A stretch of 64,000 nucleotides of DNA from Candidatus Heimdallarchaeum aukensis (GCA_021513695.1 CP084166.1:2080001-2144000); one strand, 5' to 3'; positions 39,393 to 49,480 are shown, numbered from the stretch's first letter. Translations and numbers: made by a program. The notes: a model not told the origin generated them from the sequence alone.

Positions 39393-40977
39393 AGAAGAAT
39401 TAGCTGACATCATTGATGTGTATCTGCAAGCAAGAAAAGATTTCTTAGAACTGGTAGGTGAAACACCAGAGAATTATAGAATACTTATTTTTCTTAACCC
39501 TGATTTACATATTTCTGTTAACAGGGTGATTGAAAGTGCAGGAACTCCCCAGGCAATCTTAACTGCTGAAGAAGTTGTTCATCTACAATCAGCAAGAAAT
39601 AATGAATATATGCCGTTAGGGAAAGAAACAGTTTTTAACAGCATACCCACACTAATTTATCTTTCAACACCTCGTTATGAATTGACAGAGGAAGAGAAAA
39701 TAACTTTGAGAATAATGATAGTTCATGCTTTTGCTCATGCCTATATGAATGAAAAAACAGAATCCAATAATCCTAAACAGTTATCTCGCATATACCAACT
39801 AGATGTAATTTTAAAAGAATTATTCCAAAATAATGCTTACAAAATTAACGAAGAAACAAACAAACAGTTGATGTGGACTTGGCAGTACTATCAAGATCTA
39901 ATAAGCGTTATACGATTGTTTGTTGAGGCTGGAGTACAAGACTTTTATTCTCCTCCTGAAGAAGCAAGAAAATACACTTTATTCAACAACTTTTCAATTG
40001 AGGTTATTAAGGTTCTAAAGGAAAGAGCAAAAGAATCAAGAAAGAAACATCTCCACGATTTAATCGATGAAGGATTTGCATTCTATATTCAAAGGATGCA
40101 TTTAGATTATTTGAATAAAAATAAACAAGTCCCCAAGAATCTTCCTAAAGAACTTAAACCCTTTATGGCTCCCCCTGTTGGAAAAATAAGTTTGTTCTTA
40201 GTTGATAAACTAAAATTGGCTATAAGCGAACAAATAGAAAAGGAGAAAAAGGAGAGCCTTTCGTCAGAAGAAATTGAAAAAAGATTGTTTGATAAACTGT
40301 TTAGCTTTAGGACTGATTTAGAATTTCTTGAGACTTTTGATTGGCAAGAGCTAAAAAATTGGGTGTCTGAACAAAAAAGAGCTCATTCAGAAAAAGTGTT
40401 AAAGGATTGGCATGTAACAACTACCAATTTCACTGATATTTGGTCTGTTTATGCTTATGGTTGGACACAACTGGAAAATTACATCAAAAAGATATATAGA
40501 AAGAAATACAGTACTTTTGGACAATTGATGGATGATAACCCAAAAATAGAATTCAAGGGATATTTAACTGTTGATGAAAAGAAAGTTTATGTCTTTGAAA
40601 TCAATAACGAAGGTGTGGGACTAGATCAATTGGTTATTTTGCATAATCACATGGCTTTATATCGTGAAGATTTTGCTACCATACTTCCTGCTTTTGCAGA
40701 CATTATCGCTTTCAAAAAAATCAGAGGTATGCACGTTGCAACTTTGTTTGCTGTCCATAAAATTAGTAGAAAACAACCAATTAGTCCCTATAACTTGCCT
40801 ATTGTGACTAGAGCTGTTCAAGTAACGAAAAGAAAGGATGCATACAAAACTGAACTCGATGAAGAAAAAGAGAAAATGGAAGTTGAACGAGTAGACTATA
40901 CACATTTGAAGAAACTCTCTCAACCTCAAAGAAACGCTATAAGTTATCTAATAAAGGAAGGAATGTACTATGTTTAA
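39352..40977 (+). CDS. hypothetical 541-aa mostly alpha-helical protein in the AAA+/VWA operon
   Basis: ORF overlapping the neighbours on both sides. No recognizable catalytic motif. Confidence 0.4.
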   Translation: MESKYYGRVFTMHKEELADIIDVYLQARKDFLELVGETPENYRILIFLNPDLHISVNRVIESAGTPQAILTAEEVVHLQSARNNEYMPLGKETVFNSIPTLIYLSTPRYELTEEEKITLRIMIVHAFAHAYMNEKTESNNPKQLSRIYQLDVILKELFQNNAYKINEETNKQLMWTWQYYQDLISVIRLFVEAGVQDFYSPPEEARKYTLFNNFSIEVIKVLKERAKESRKKHLHDLIDEGFAFYIQRMHLDYLNKNKQVPKNLPKELKPFMAPPVGKISLFLVDKLKLAISEQIEKEKKESLSSEEIEKRLFDKLFSFRTDLEFLETFDWQELKNWVSEQKRAHSEKVLKDWHVTTTNFTDIWSVYAYGWTQLENYIKKIYRKKYSTFGQLMDDNPKIEFKGYLTVDEKKVYVFEINNEGVGLDQLVILHNHMALYREDFATILPAFADIIAFKKIRGMHVATLFAVHKISRKQPISPYNLPIVTRAVQVTKRKDAYKTELDEEKEKMEVERVDYTHLKKLSQPQRNAISYLIKEGMYYV

Positions 40978-41719
40978 AAGATGGTTAATGATAAAAAAAT
41001 TAGGAAGCGAAATAGACTTAGATAGACTAAAAGCTGTTCTTTTTTTAAGAAAGAAAGGGAAAGACAAGGACATCAATAATCTTTTGCCACTTTTAAGTGA
41101 CAAGGATTGGAATGTAAGAAACGCTACAGCATTGACTATAATTAAACTCGTTAATCTTTATCCAGAAAAAAAAGAGGAAATCCTACTAAAGCTTCATCAA
41201 TTACTTGAAAAGAGATCCTTAGCTACAAAACTGTCTGTATTGGAAATCCTGGGACAGTTAAGAGACTATTCCTCGAAAGATTTTATCAAAAAAATTATTG
41301 AAGAAAGTGATTATGATTTACAATATGCAGCTATTAGAGCAATAGGTTATCTTGATGACGTTGACATTTTATCTTCTTTGAAAGAAGTGGTTTACTCAAA
41401 AGATTACATCACACGAAGAGCAGTGATCTTTTCAATATTGCGAATAGTTAATTCAGTTGAAGAAGAAAAGAAAGTTGAACTCCTAACTCCTCACATCCAC
41501 TTATTAATTCAAGTTTATTTAGAGTTAAATGAATTGGGCGAGGTAATCTATAAAATCCTAGATTACGGAGATCCAGAGCAATTTCCAGGAATGAAACCGT
41601 ATTCAGAATTTGAGATAATCAGATTAACTTCATTAATTGAACAATACGATTATCGAGTTCCAGTCTATAAGAACTTTGCAAAAATAATTTATCCTCTTTA
41701 TTTTCCTTTAAATAGTTGA
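40970..41719 (+). CDS. HEAT/PBS-lyase-like repeat protein
   Basis: Repeated roughly 30-aa units of the form LLxLLxDxDWxVRxxAxxAL (LLPLLSDKDWNVRNATALTIIKL; AAIRAIGYLDDVDILSSL; RRAVIFSILRIV). Confidence 0.55.
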   Translation: MFKRWLMIKKLGSEIDLDRLKAVLFLRKKGKDKDINNLLPLLSDKDWNVRNATALTIIKLVNLYPEKKEEILLKLHQLLEKRSLATKLSVLEILGQLRDYSSKDFIKKIIEESDYDLQYAAIRAIGYLDDVDILSSLKEVVYSKDYITRRAVIFSILRIVNSVEEEKKVELLTPHIHLLIQVYLELNELGEVIYKILDYGDPEQFPGMKPYSEFEIIRLTSLIEQYDYRVPVYKNFAKIIYPLYFPLNS

Positions 41720-41751
41720 ATTTAATCACCATCTATTTTTTACTTCTTGTC

Positions 41752-41898
41752 TACTGCAATTTCACTGCAACTTTTTTTGATATTTTATAAATCAAGATGT
41801 GCATTTATACTTTTGACCTTTATTCTTGCATTATTTCTTTTTTACTGCAATTTCTCTGCAGATTTAATGCAATTTCCACTGCAATTTTACTGCAATGT
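41752..41898. repeat. array of at least 7 copies of a CTGCAAT(T)T motif phased at 11-12 bp, in two clusters (41752-41770 and 41843-41898)
   Basis: The copies read actgcaatttcactgcaact, then actgcaatttctctgcagatttaatgcaatttccactgcaattttactgcaatg. They sit in a 509-nt intergenic region. Confidence 0.85.
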
Positions 41899-42228
41899 TT
41901 GAATTTATTTTATAAAATGTTATATTCTTGAATAATATAGCTTATAACTCCTAATTTTATTATGGATGTCTAATATACGTTATTGAAAGGTGGTATATTA
42001 TTATTTGTTACTTTCTTATTGTAAAGAACCCCTTATTAGATGGTGATTGTTTTATTTCCACTGGAACGAGTTATTAAGCTGAATGGTTAAAACTGCAACT
42101 ATACCCTGAAATGAGTGTTTATAGGCACTTTCTCTTTCTAGCACTTTCACTAACTTAAATAGAATGTTTGTATTAGTTTTTTTCTAATTGCTCAAAAATG
42201 TTCTCCTAGCTTAAACGTAATAATATTT

Positions 42229-42675
42229 TCATGTCTTATTTTTATGTGCAAGGATCTCTTTAATTAGCAGTAAAAGTAGAATAGGAAACAGAGAACCAAT
42301 ACAGAAAGGTATCAATTTAACGAGTAATAGCTGTATTGTTCTTAAATTTCCACATCCTTTACTATGCCAAATAAGATAAATTAATGTTAAAGTTAGACTA
42401 GTAACAAAATTAATTATTCTTAGGATGAACATGTTTGATACGATTTTACTAAATTTCCAAAGGTAGATAGTGATATTATAGGTATTAAACAGAGCTAATA
42501 GTGTTGTAATAGAAAAGAGTAAGATATAAGTTATTCCTATTGGGTATATAATGCATAATACAGTGGGAGTATATCTGATGTACAAAAACAAATATAATCC
42601 AATTAAGGTAATTGTCAAAATCCCCTCAAGAGAAAGAAAAATCGTTTCATCCCGATTGTTATTACCCAAACTCAC
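42229..42675 (-). CDS. small polytopic membrane protein, function unknown
   Basis: 148 aa with about 4 hydrophobic helices. Confidence 0.4.
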   Translation of the reverse strand: MSLGNNNRDETIFLSLEGILTITLIGLYLFLYIRYTPTVLCIIYPIGITYILLFSITTLLALFNTYNITIYLWKFSKIVSNMFILRIINFVTSLTLTLIYLIWHSKGCGNLRTIQLLLVKLIPFCIGSLFPILLLLLIKEILAHKNKT

Positions 42676-42815
42676 ATTTTAGACATGTACTCTAATTTAT
42701 ATTAATTTTATTATCTTTTGGGCTAATTATGGTAAATCCACATAAATTAGTTTATAATGTAAATAATTCTGAATCAATAAATATATTTTTCAAATAAATA
42801 GAGATGATAATATAG

Positions 42816-44798
42816 ATGCCATTAAACATCGAAACTCCTTTTACTCCTAAAGGAGACCAACCTAAAGCTATTGAACAATTAGTGGAAGGAATAAAAAAAG
42901 GGTATAAACTACAGACACTTTTAGGGACTACGGGAAGCGGGAAAACTGACAGCATAGCATGGGTCATTGACCGTCTTAAACTTCCCACTTTGGTTATTGC
43001 CCCTAACAAAACTCTCGCTGCTCAACTTTATGGTGAGTTTAAAGTTCTTTTTCCTTCAGCTCGTGTTGAGTATTTTGTTAGTTTTTATGATTATTATCAA
43101 CCTGAAGCTTATCTTCCTTCCAAGGATCTTCTTATTGAGAAAGATTTTGATATTAACGAAGAAATTGAACGCTTACGCCATTCTGCCACCGAAGCATTAG
43201 CTACTCGCGATGACGTGATAGTTGTTGCTTCTGTTAGTTGTATTTATGGCATTGGAGACCCTGCAATCTATCGAGCAAAGCGTTTAGAGCTTGTTGTTGG
43301 ACAAGAATTTGATAGAGAAGAGTTAATGACACAACTCATCAATAACCGATATGAACGTAACGATATTAATCTAACTAGAGGAAAGTTTAGGGTTCGGGGA
43401 GACACTATCGATATTTTTCCTCAGTATGGAGATTATATTTATCGTGTAGAATTTTTCGGAGATGAAATAGAAAGATTAACTTCCAGAGATCCTGTTACAT
43501 ATAACCAAGTTCGTGAATTCCAAGAACTCACCTTTTATCCTGGAACACATTATCTTACTCGTGATAATTTATTTGACCAAGCTTTAGCTGATATAGAACA
43601 AGAGCTGGAAGAACGATTGGCTGAATTAAAAAGTCAAGGTAAACTTGTTGAATATCAAAGGCTCAAACAACGGACGAAATATGATCTAGAATTACTAAGA
43701 GAGACAAAATATTGTCCTGGAATTGAAAATTATTCTCGTCATTTAGACAGAAGAAAAAAAGGAGAACCTCCTTATACTCTGATGGATCATATGCCTGATG
43801 ATTTTCTTTTGGTAATTGATGAGAGTCATCTTACTATTCCACAAATAAAAGGAATGTTTGGTGGAGACTATTCTCGAAAAAAGAATCTAGTAGATTATGG
43901 TTTTAGATTACCTAGCGCTTTTGATAATAGACCTTTAAAATTTGATGAATTTAAGAAATATATGAAAAAAGTCATCTTTACTAGTGCAACTCCTGGGCCT
44001 TATGAAATTGAGCACTCTGAACAGATAGTGGAGCAGATTATTAGACCTACAGGGCTTGTAGATCCTAAAATTGAAGTAAGAAAAACAGAAGGGCAAATTG
44101 ATGACCTATTAGGAGAAATAAAAAAACAAGTTAGGAAGGGTGGTAGAGTACTTGTTACCACATTAACAAAAGACAACGCTGAGATGCTTTCGGATTATTT
44201 AATTGATAACGGAATCAACTCTGTCTATTTACATCATGAAGTAGATACATTAGACAGAATAAACATATTAAGGGACTTAAGAATCGGAAAATATGATGTC
44301 ATAGTTGGGATTAATCTTCTTCGTGAAGGACTAGACCTTCCAGAAGTAGGGTTAGTCGCTATTCTTGATGCAGATAAAGAAGGTTTTCTAAGATCTAAAA
44401 GCTCTCTAATTCAATTAATGGGTAGAGCAAGTAGAAACGTTAGCGGGAGTGTTATTTTGTATGCTGATAAAATTACAGATTCTATGAAAGAAGCTATATT
44501 TGAGAATAACAGACGAAGAAGAATACAGATAGAATATAATCGAAAACATGGAATTAACCCTCAAACAATAAAGAAAGAAGTGAAATCCATAGTAGAAACT
44601 TTAATGCAAGTGTCTCAAAAGGAGGAAGAGGAAGAGATAACTATTGATAGAAGTGAACTCACAGTAGAAAAGATAATGGCTATTATCAATGAACTAAAAG
44701 AGAAAATGGCAGAAGCTGCTGCCAACCTAGAATTTGAAAAAGCTGCTATTTACAGAGATAAAATACGTGAAATTGAGAAGCAGGTAGATACTAAATGA
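42816..44798 (+). CDS. uvrB: excinuclease ABC subunit B
   Basis: UvrB N-terminal signature (TPFTPKGDQPKAIEQLVEGI), helicase Walker A GTTGSGKT, and a C-terminal UvrB/UvrC-interaction helix (ANLEFEKAAIYRDKIREIE). Confidence 0.9.
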   Translation: MPLNIETPFTPKGDQPKAIEQLVEGIKKGYKLQTLLGTTGSGKTDSIAWVIDRLKLPTLVIAPNKTLAAQLYGEFKVLFPSARVEYFVSFYDYYQPEAYLPSKDLLIEKDFDINEEIERLRHSATEALATRDDVIVVASVSCIYGIGDPAIYRAKRLELVVGQEFDREELMTQLINNRYERNDINLTRGKFRVRGDTIDIFPQYGDYIYRVEFFGDEIERLTSRDPVTYNQVREFQELTFYPGTHYLTRDNLFDQALADIEQELEERLAELKSQGKLVEYQRLKQRTKYDLELLRETKYCPGIENYSRHLDRRKKGEPPYTLMDHMPDDFLLVIDESHLTIPQIKGMFGGDYSRKKNLVDYGFRLPSAFDNRPLKFDEFKKYMKKVIFTSATPGPYEIEHSEQIVEQIIRPTGLVDPKIEVRKTEGQIDDLLGEIKKQVRKGGRVLVTTLTKDNAEMLSDYLIDNGINSVYLHHEVDTLDRINILRDLRIGKYDVIVGINLLREGLDLPEVGLVAILDADKEGFLRSKSSLIQLMGRASRNVSGSVILYADKITDSMKEAIFENNRRRRIQIEYNRKHGINPQTIKKEVKSIVETLMQVSQKEEEEEITIDRSELTVEKIMAIINELKEKMAEAAANLEFEKAAIYRDKIREIEKQVDTK

Positions 44799-46606
44799 AT
44801 ATTGTTTCTGATATAGAAAGATTACCTACTGGTCCTGGAGTATATTTGATCAAAGATTCAGAGGGAAATGTAATCTATATCGGAAAAGCTAAAAATCTAA
44901 AAGATAGAGTTAAACAACATTTTTCTGAAACATCTTCAGAAATAAAGAAAGAACGAGCTATTCAAGAACAAGCTTACAATATAGATTTCTTAGAAACAAG
45001 AACAGAAACAGAAGCAATATTGCTTGAAAGAAGATTGATTAAAGATATTAAACCTAAACTAAATGTTAGAAGTAAGGATGATAAATCCTCTCTTCTTATC
45101 CGTATTAGTAAAGAAGAACCATTTCCTCAATTATATGTAGTAAGAGAAACAGATCCTCACGTAGAAGGGAGCATCTATTTTGGTCCTTATGGGTACGACA
45201 GGAAACTAAGGGATACAGTAAAACTAGTTTTGAAACTATTCCCTATAGCTAATTGTGGTGAAAAATTATACAAATATAGAGAAAAGAAAAGTGTAAACCG
45301 ATGTATGCGTAAAAGAATAGGTCAATGTATTGCTTGTGATAAGAGCGTGAGTCCAGAGAAATATAATCAGATAGTTGAAAATGTGATAAACTTTTTAGAA
45401 GGAAATGTGGGCGCACTTCTAGATTCCTTGGAAAAAGAAATGTGGGAAGAAGGAAAAAAAGAAAATTTTGAACGTGCTGCAGTTCTACGCGATCTAATAA
45501 ATTCTGTTAGAAAAATAGTCTCCATTCAGAAAGAAAACAATTTTGACGTAGATGATATAGTTGTAATAGCAACCAGAGAAGAGCAAGAAGTATTATCCTT
45601 CTGTAAAATTGAAATTAAAAATAAAAGAATCAATCGTATAATTTCAGATTCTATCGTTCTTGAAACAAAAAGTGAAAATTTTACTCTCTCTAATTTATTG
45701 TCTTTAATAGGTACTAATCCTTCTGAAATAGACCATTTAGTTGTAGATGAGGTTTTTATTAAAAAAATCCAAAATGATCTAAAAGTTAAACTAATTACCC
45801 CTGATAGTAAAATATTGAAAGATGTATTCACTATAGCAAAAAGGAACGCTTTTAACGAGCTTGCACGTTATTTTAGCTCAAAAACACGTGAGAAAAACAT
45901 CAAAAAAGTATTAGAAGATATGAAAGTAATTCTAAAACTCCCTAAGCTCCCTATAATTATACACGGATATGACATTTCTACTCTTGGAGGAAAACACTCA
46001 ACAGGCTCATGTGTTGTGTTCAAGAACGGGAAACCTGAAAAAAGATATTATAAACAATTTAAAATAAGACAAGAATATTCTGACCCAAATGACTACGCTA
46101 TGATGCGTGAAGTGTTAAGAAGACATTATTCAAATTACAATGATTTTGATGAACCCCAACCTGATCTAATTTTACTTGATGGAGGAAAAGGTCAACTTAA
46201 TGTTGCAGTTAAAGTATTAAAAGAATTAAAGTTGGACTTGCCTTTAGTTTCAATAGCAAAAAAAGAGGAAGAACTTTTTGTTCCATGGGATACAAATCCT
46301 GTAGTCCTTCCAAGAGAATCTGAAGTGTTGAAACTTCTTCAACAAATAAGAGATGAAGCTCACCGTTTTGCCATTCAATACTCAAAACAACTGAGAACAA
46401 GAAAATTAGGTCGTTCTACTTTTGAAAAAATAAAAGGAATAGGACCAAAAAAAGCTGTATTGTTGAACACCTATTTTGATAATTTACAGGATATAGGAAG
46501 TGCCTCTGTTGCTGAAATAATGAAATTAATTAAAGTAGATGAGCAAACAGCGGTTCAAGTTTTAAATTTAGCAAAAAACTTGACAAATTCAGTTTCTTTT
46601 GAATAA
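44795..46606 (+). CDS. uvrC: excinuclease ABC subunit C
   Basis: GIY-YIG N-terminus (GPGVYLIKDSEGNVIYIGKAKNLKDRVKQHF), a UvrBC-binding region and a C-terminal HhH. It overlaps uvrB by 4 nt. Confidence 0.85.
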   Translation: MNIVSDIERLPTGPGVYLIKDSEGNVIYIGKAKNLKDRVKQHFSETSSEIKKERAIQEQAYNIDFLETRTETEAILLERRLIKDIKPKLNVRSKDDKSSLLIRISKEEPFPQLYVVRETDPHVEGSIYFGPYGYDRKLRDTVKLVLKLFPIANCGEKLYKYREKKSVNRCMRKRIGQCIACDKSVSPEKYNQIVENVINFLEGNVGALLDSLEKEMWEEGKKENFERAAVLRDLINSVRKIVSIQKENNFDVDDIVVIATREEQEVLSFCKIEIKNKRINRIISDSIVLETKSENFTLSNLLSLIGTNPSEIDHLVVDEVFIKKIQNDLKVKLITPDSKILKDVFTIAKRNAFNELARYFSSKTREKNIKKVLEDMKVILKLPKLPIIIHGYDISTLGGKHSTGSCVVFKNGKPEKRYYKQFKIRQEYSDPNDYAMMREVLRRHYSNYNDFDEPQPDLILLDGGKGQLNVAVKVLKELKLDLPLVSIAKKEEELFVPWDTNPVVLPRESEVLKLLQQIRDEAHRFAIQYSKQLRTRKLGRSTFEKIKGIGPKKAVLLNTYFDNLQDIGSASVAEIMKLIKVDEQTAVQVLNLAKNLTNSVSFE

Positions 46607-46644
46607 ATATCTTTTTAATTAGTTATTTACATAAATATAAAATA

Positions 46645-47547
46645 GTGATTAGAATGGAAAAAAAATATCTATTTATGGTTTTATTTATTCTTACTTTAAG
46701 TCCACTCGTTATTAATCCCGCAAGTGCAGCAGCAACTTGGGGTGTAGAAGTAGATAAAGAATATAATTTCGAACTCTTAAATTTCAGTATCGCTGATACA
46801 GATTATACCAAATTTGTAAAAGCACAATTTAATGTCTACGTAAAATTCACAGAATTGAATGATACTGGTTACACTTACAATGTTTATAATGCTACAAACG
46901 ATGAATTGTTATCCACAAACTCGACAAATTTTGAGGTAACGACTAATGAAAATGGTACATTTATTCTTCCCGTTGGATTACCTGTTGCTTTACCTCTTCA
47001 ATTTGATTCAACAGACTATCTAAATTATCTAGGTGAATTGGTGAATCAAACTTTTACAATGCTTGGTGACTTTGACGAACTCTTGAATATGACCTCTATG
47101 AGTAATGACACAACTCTTGCAATTTATTCACTTTTAGATACCGAACTTCTCTCTCTAAAAATTGATTTATATACCCCAAAAGTAGAAGAAGAACTAATAA
47201 CGCAACTAACTGGTTCGCTTGGAAGTGAAATGGGTTTTCCAATGCAATTACCAACAAATCTTACTGACTTTAAATTAAATCTTACATTATCATTTGATGC
47301 AGAAGTAGGTATATTTAATGCTTTAATCTTAAAAATACGCTCAATAGCTACAGATGATTTTGGCTATCAAAGTCCATTTAACGTTGATATAAAATATGCA
47401 TGGGATAAACCTAGTGAAGTAACACCTACACCAACCCCCACATCAACTTCAACCCCAACTGAAACTCCATATCCCTGGGGAATTGCTATTATAGCTCCAA
47501 TTCTCGTTACAGGTTTGTTGTTAGTCAATAAGAAGCGAAAAAGGTAG
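46645..47547 (+). CDS. secreted/cell-surface protein with an N-terminal signal peptide, a Thr/Pro-rich linker and a C-terminal TM anchor plus basic tail
   Basis: N-terminal MEKKYLFMVLFILTLSPLVINPASA. Many N-x-S/T sequons. C-terminal PTPTPTSTSTPTETPYPWGIAIIAPILVTGLLLVNKKRKR. Confidence 0.55.
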   Translation: MIRMEKKYLFMVLFILTLSPLVINPASAAATWGVEVDKEYNFELLNFSIADTDYTKFVKAQFNVYVKFTELNDTGYTYNVYNATNDELLSTNSTNFEVTTNENGTFILPVGLPVALPLQFDSTDYLNYLGELVNQTFTMLGDFDELLNMTSMSNDTTLAIYSLLDTELLSLKIDLYTPKVEEELITQLTGSLGSEMGFPMQLPTNLTDFKLNLTLSFDAEVGIFNALILKIRSIATDDFGYQSPFNVDIKYAWDKPSEVTPTPTPTSTSTPTETPYPWGIAIIAPILVTGLLLVNKKRKR

Positions 47548-47657
47548 ATTAATTATCTATCTTTCTTTTTTTATTTTTATAAATTAACTCCGTTCAAATT
47601 TTTTTTTGTCCGACAATAATCTTTTATAGTGCTCTATTTCTTTAGTTTCTGATACCA

Positions 47658-49448
47658 ATGAATCAAAATGAAATAGCTTGGGATTTAACAGAATTATTTA
47701 GTTCTGCAGAAGATCCGACTCTCAAGGAGAGAGTTGAATGGTTACACAAGACAGTGGATGAAATTGAACAAAAATATAAAGGAAAAATAAATTCATCTGA
47801 TTTCACAGAAGATCAACTCTTAGAGTTATTACGTGACATAGAAGAATTAATGATGAATCTAAGTGAATATGCTCAATTTGCAGGTCTAACTTTTTCTGCA
47901 AATATGACCACCATTGAAAATCAAAAATTGTTTAATGAAATGAGGGAAATAACCTCTGAAATAGAAAAAAAACTTGCTTTTGTGGACATCGAACTAGGTA
48001 AACTTCTCTTAGCAAATGAAAGTTTAATTGATTCTCCTGTGTTAAAAGAATACTCACATTATTTAGAAAAGGTAAAACGTCGTGCACCTCATATGCTTTC
48101 TGAAGCAGAAGAAAAGATCATTATTGAAAAAGATAAATATGGTGTAAGTGGGTGGTCTCAACTTCAATCTCAATGGCTGAATACTCGTTTCTTTGAAGTA
48201 GAAGTTTTGGGCGAAAAAAAGAAACTTACTTATGGAGAAGCAAATGGATTGTTAACCCACCCAGATCAAAAAACAAGAGAATCAGCTTATAGAGCTATCT
48301 ATGGTGGATTAGGAAAAGATGAAATTATTTTTTCTAGTGCACTGAGAAATATCTGTGCAGATTGGGTACAAGTGTCAAAAATGCGTAAATATGATTCGCC
48401 AATGCATCAAAGTCTAATCGTAAATGACGTAGACCAAGAAATTATAGATAATTTAATGAAAGCAATAGAAAAAAACACTTCACTCTATCAACGATATCTA
48501 AAACTAAAAGCTAAAATTATGGGACAAGAAGCTCCTCTAAAAAATTGGGACGTTGTTGCCCCTATTTCTACGATGGTTAAAGAATATAATTGGGAAGAAG
48601 CTCGTGATCTAGTAATCAAAGCTTATCAGCAATTCGACGAAGAGTATGCAACAGCAACAAAAGAGATGTTTGAAAAAAATCATATTGATGCTAGTCCCAG
48701 ATTCGGAAAAAGAAATGGAGCTTTTTGCAGCGGGGTATATAAGAAAAAGAATTCCTACATCTTGCAAACATTCAGTAAATCGTTAAGAGACATATATACT
48801 CTAGCTCATGAATTGGGGCATGCCACACATAACTACTACGCTTTCAGAAATCAAACAATACTTAATTCAAGAGCTCCGATGGTTACAGCAGAAACAGCAT
48901 CAATATTTGGGGAGTTACTTTTAACTGACATGTTACTAAAAGAGATAGAAGATAAAGAAATGAAAAAAGAAATCCTAGCACGAGTATTAGATGGAGCTGG
49001 AATGGCAATATTTCAAGTGAGTGCAAGAGTTTTCTTCGAGAAAGACCTTTATGAAGCTGTAGAAAGAGGAGAGTTCTTGAATGGTGAGACAATAGCGAAA
49101 TACTGGGTAAAAGGGAGAGATAAAATATATGGTGACGCTATGGAATGGTTTGATGAAATGAAGTGGGAGTGGTGTATGAAACCTCATTACTTCATGGCTA
49201 ATTTCAGATTCTATAACTATCCCTATGTTTTTGCACAACTTTTCGTCTATAGCCTTTATCAAAAATATCTAGAAGAAGGAAAAGAATTCATTCCTAAATT
49301 CAAACAACTATTGTCCCTAGGAGGAAGTAAATCTCCAAAAGAACTTGGAGAAATTATGGGTGTAGATATTACAAAACCTGAGTTTTGGGATTTAGGTATG
49401 AAACAATATGAACATTTTGTCAATGAATTAGAAAAACTGATTGAATAA
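47658..49448 (+). CDS. pepF: oligoendopeptidase F (M3B metallopeptidase)
   Basis: HExxH zinc motif LAHELGHATH, with M3 family length and context. Confidence 0.8.
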   Translation: MNQNEIAWDLTELFSSAEDPTLKERVEWLHKTVDEIEQKYKGKINSSDFTEDQLLELLRDIEELMMNLSEYAQFAGLTFSANMTTIENQKLFNEMREITSEIEKKLAFVDIELGKLLLANESLIDSPVLKEYSHYLEKVKRRAPHMLSEAEEKIIIEKDKYGVSGWSQLQSQWLNTRFFEVEVLGEKKKLTYGEANGLLTHPDQKTRESAYRAIYGGLGKDEIIFSSALRNICADWVQVSKMRKYDSPMHQSLIVNDVDQEIIDNLMKAIEKNTSLYQRYLKLKAKIMGQEAPLKNWDVVAPISTMVKEYNWEEARDLVIKAYQQFDEEYATATKEMFEKNHIDASPRFGKRNGAFCSGVYKKKNSYILQTFSKSLRDIYTLAHELGHATHNYYAFRNQTILNSRAPMVTAETASIFGELLLTDMLLKEIEDKEMKKEILARVLDGAGMAIFQVSARVFFEKDLYEAVERGEFLNGETIAKYWVKGRDKIYGDAMEWFDEMKWEWCMKPHYFMANFRFYNYPYVFAQLFVYSLYQKYLEEGKEFIPKFKQLLSLGGSKSPKELGEIMGVDITKPEFWDLGMKQYEHFVNELEKLIE

Positions 49449-49480
49449 CTTTTTTCATTTTTTGTTTTTAGTTCAGTATT

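Noticed and set aside
41720-42228. Replication origin (ORB elements)
   Set aside because: The repeats do not resemble the ORB/mini-ORB consensus as far as I recall, no orc1/cdc6 gene is adjacent, and no long inverted ORB pairs flank an AT-rich unwinding element. A regulatory array is more parsimonious.
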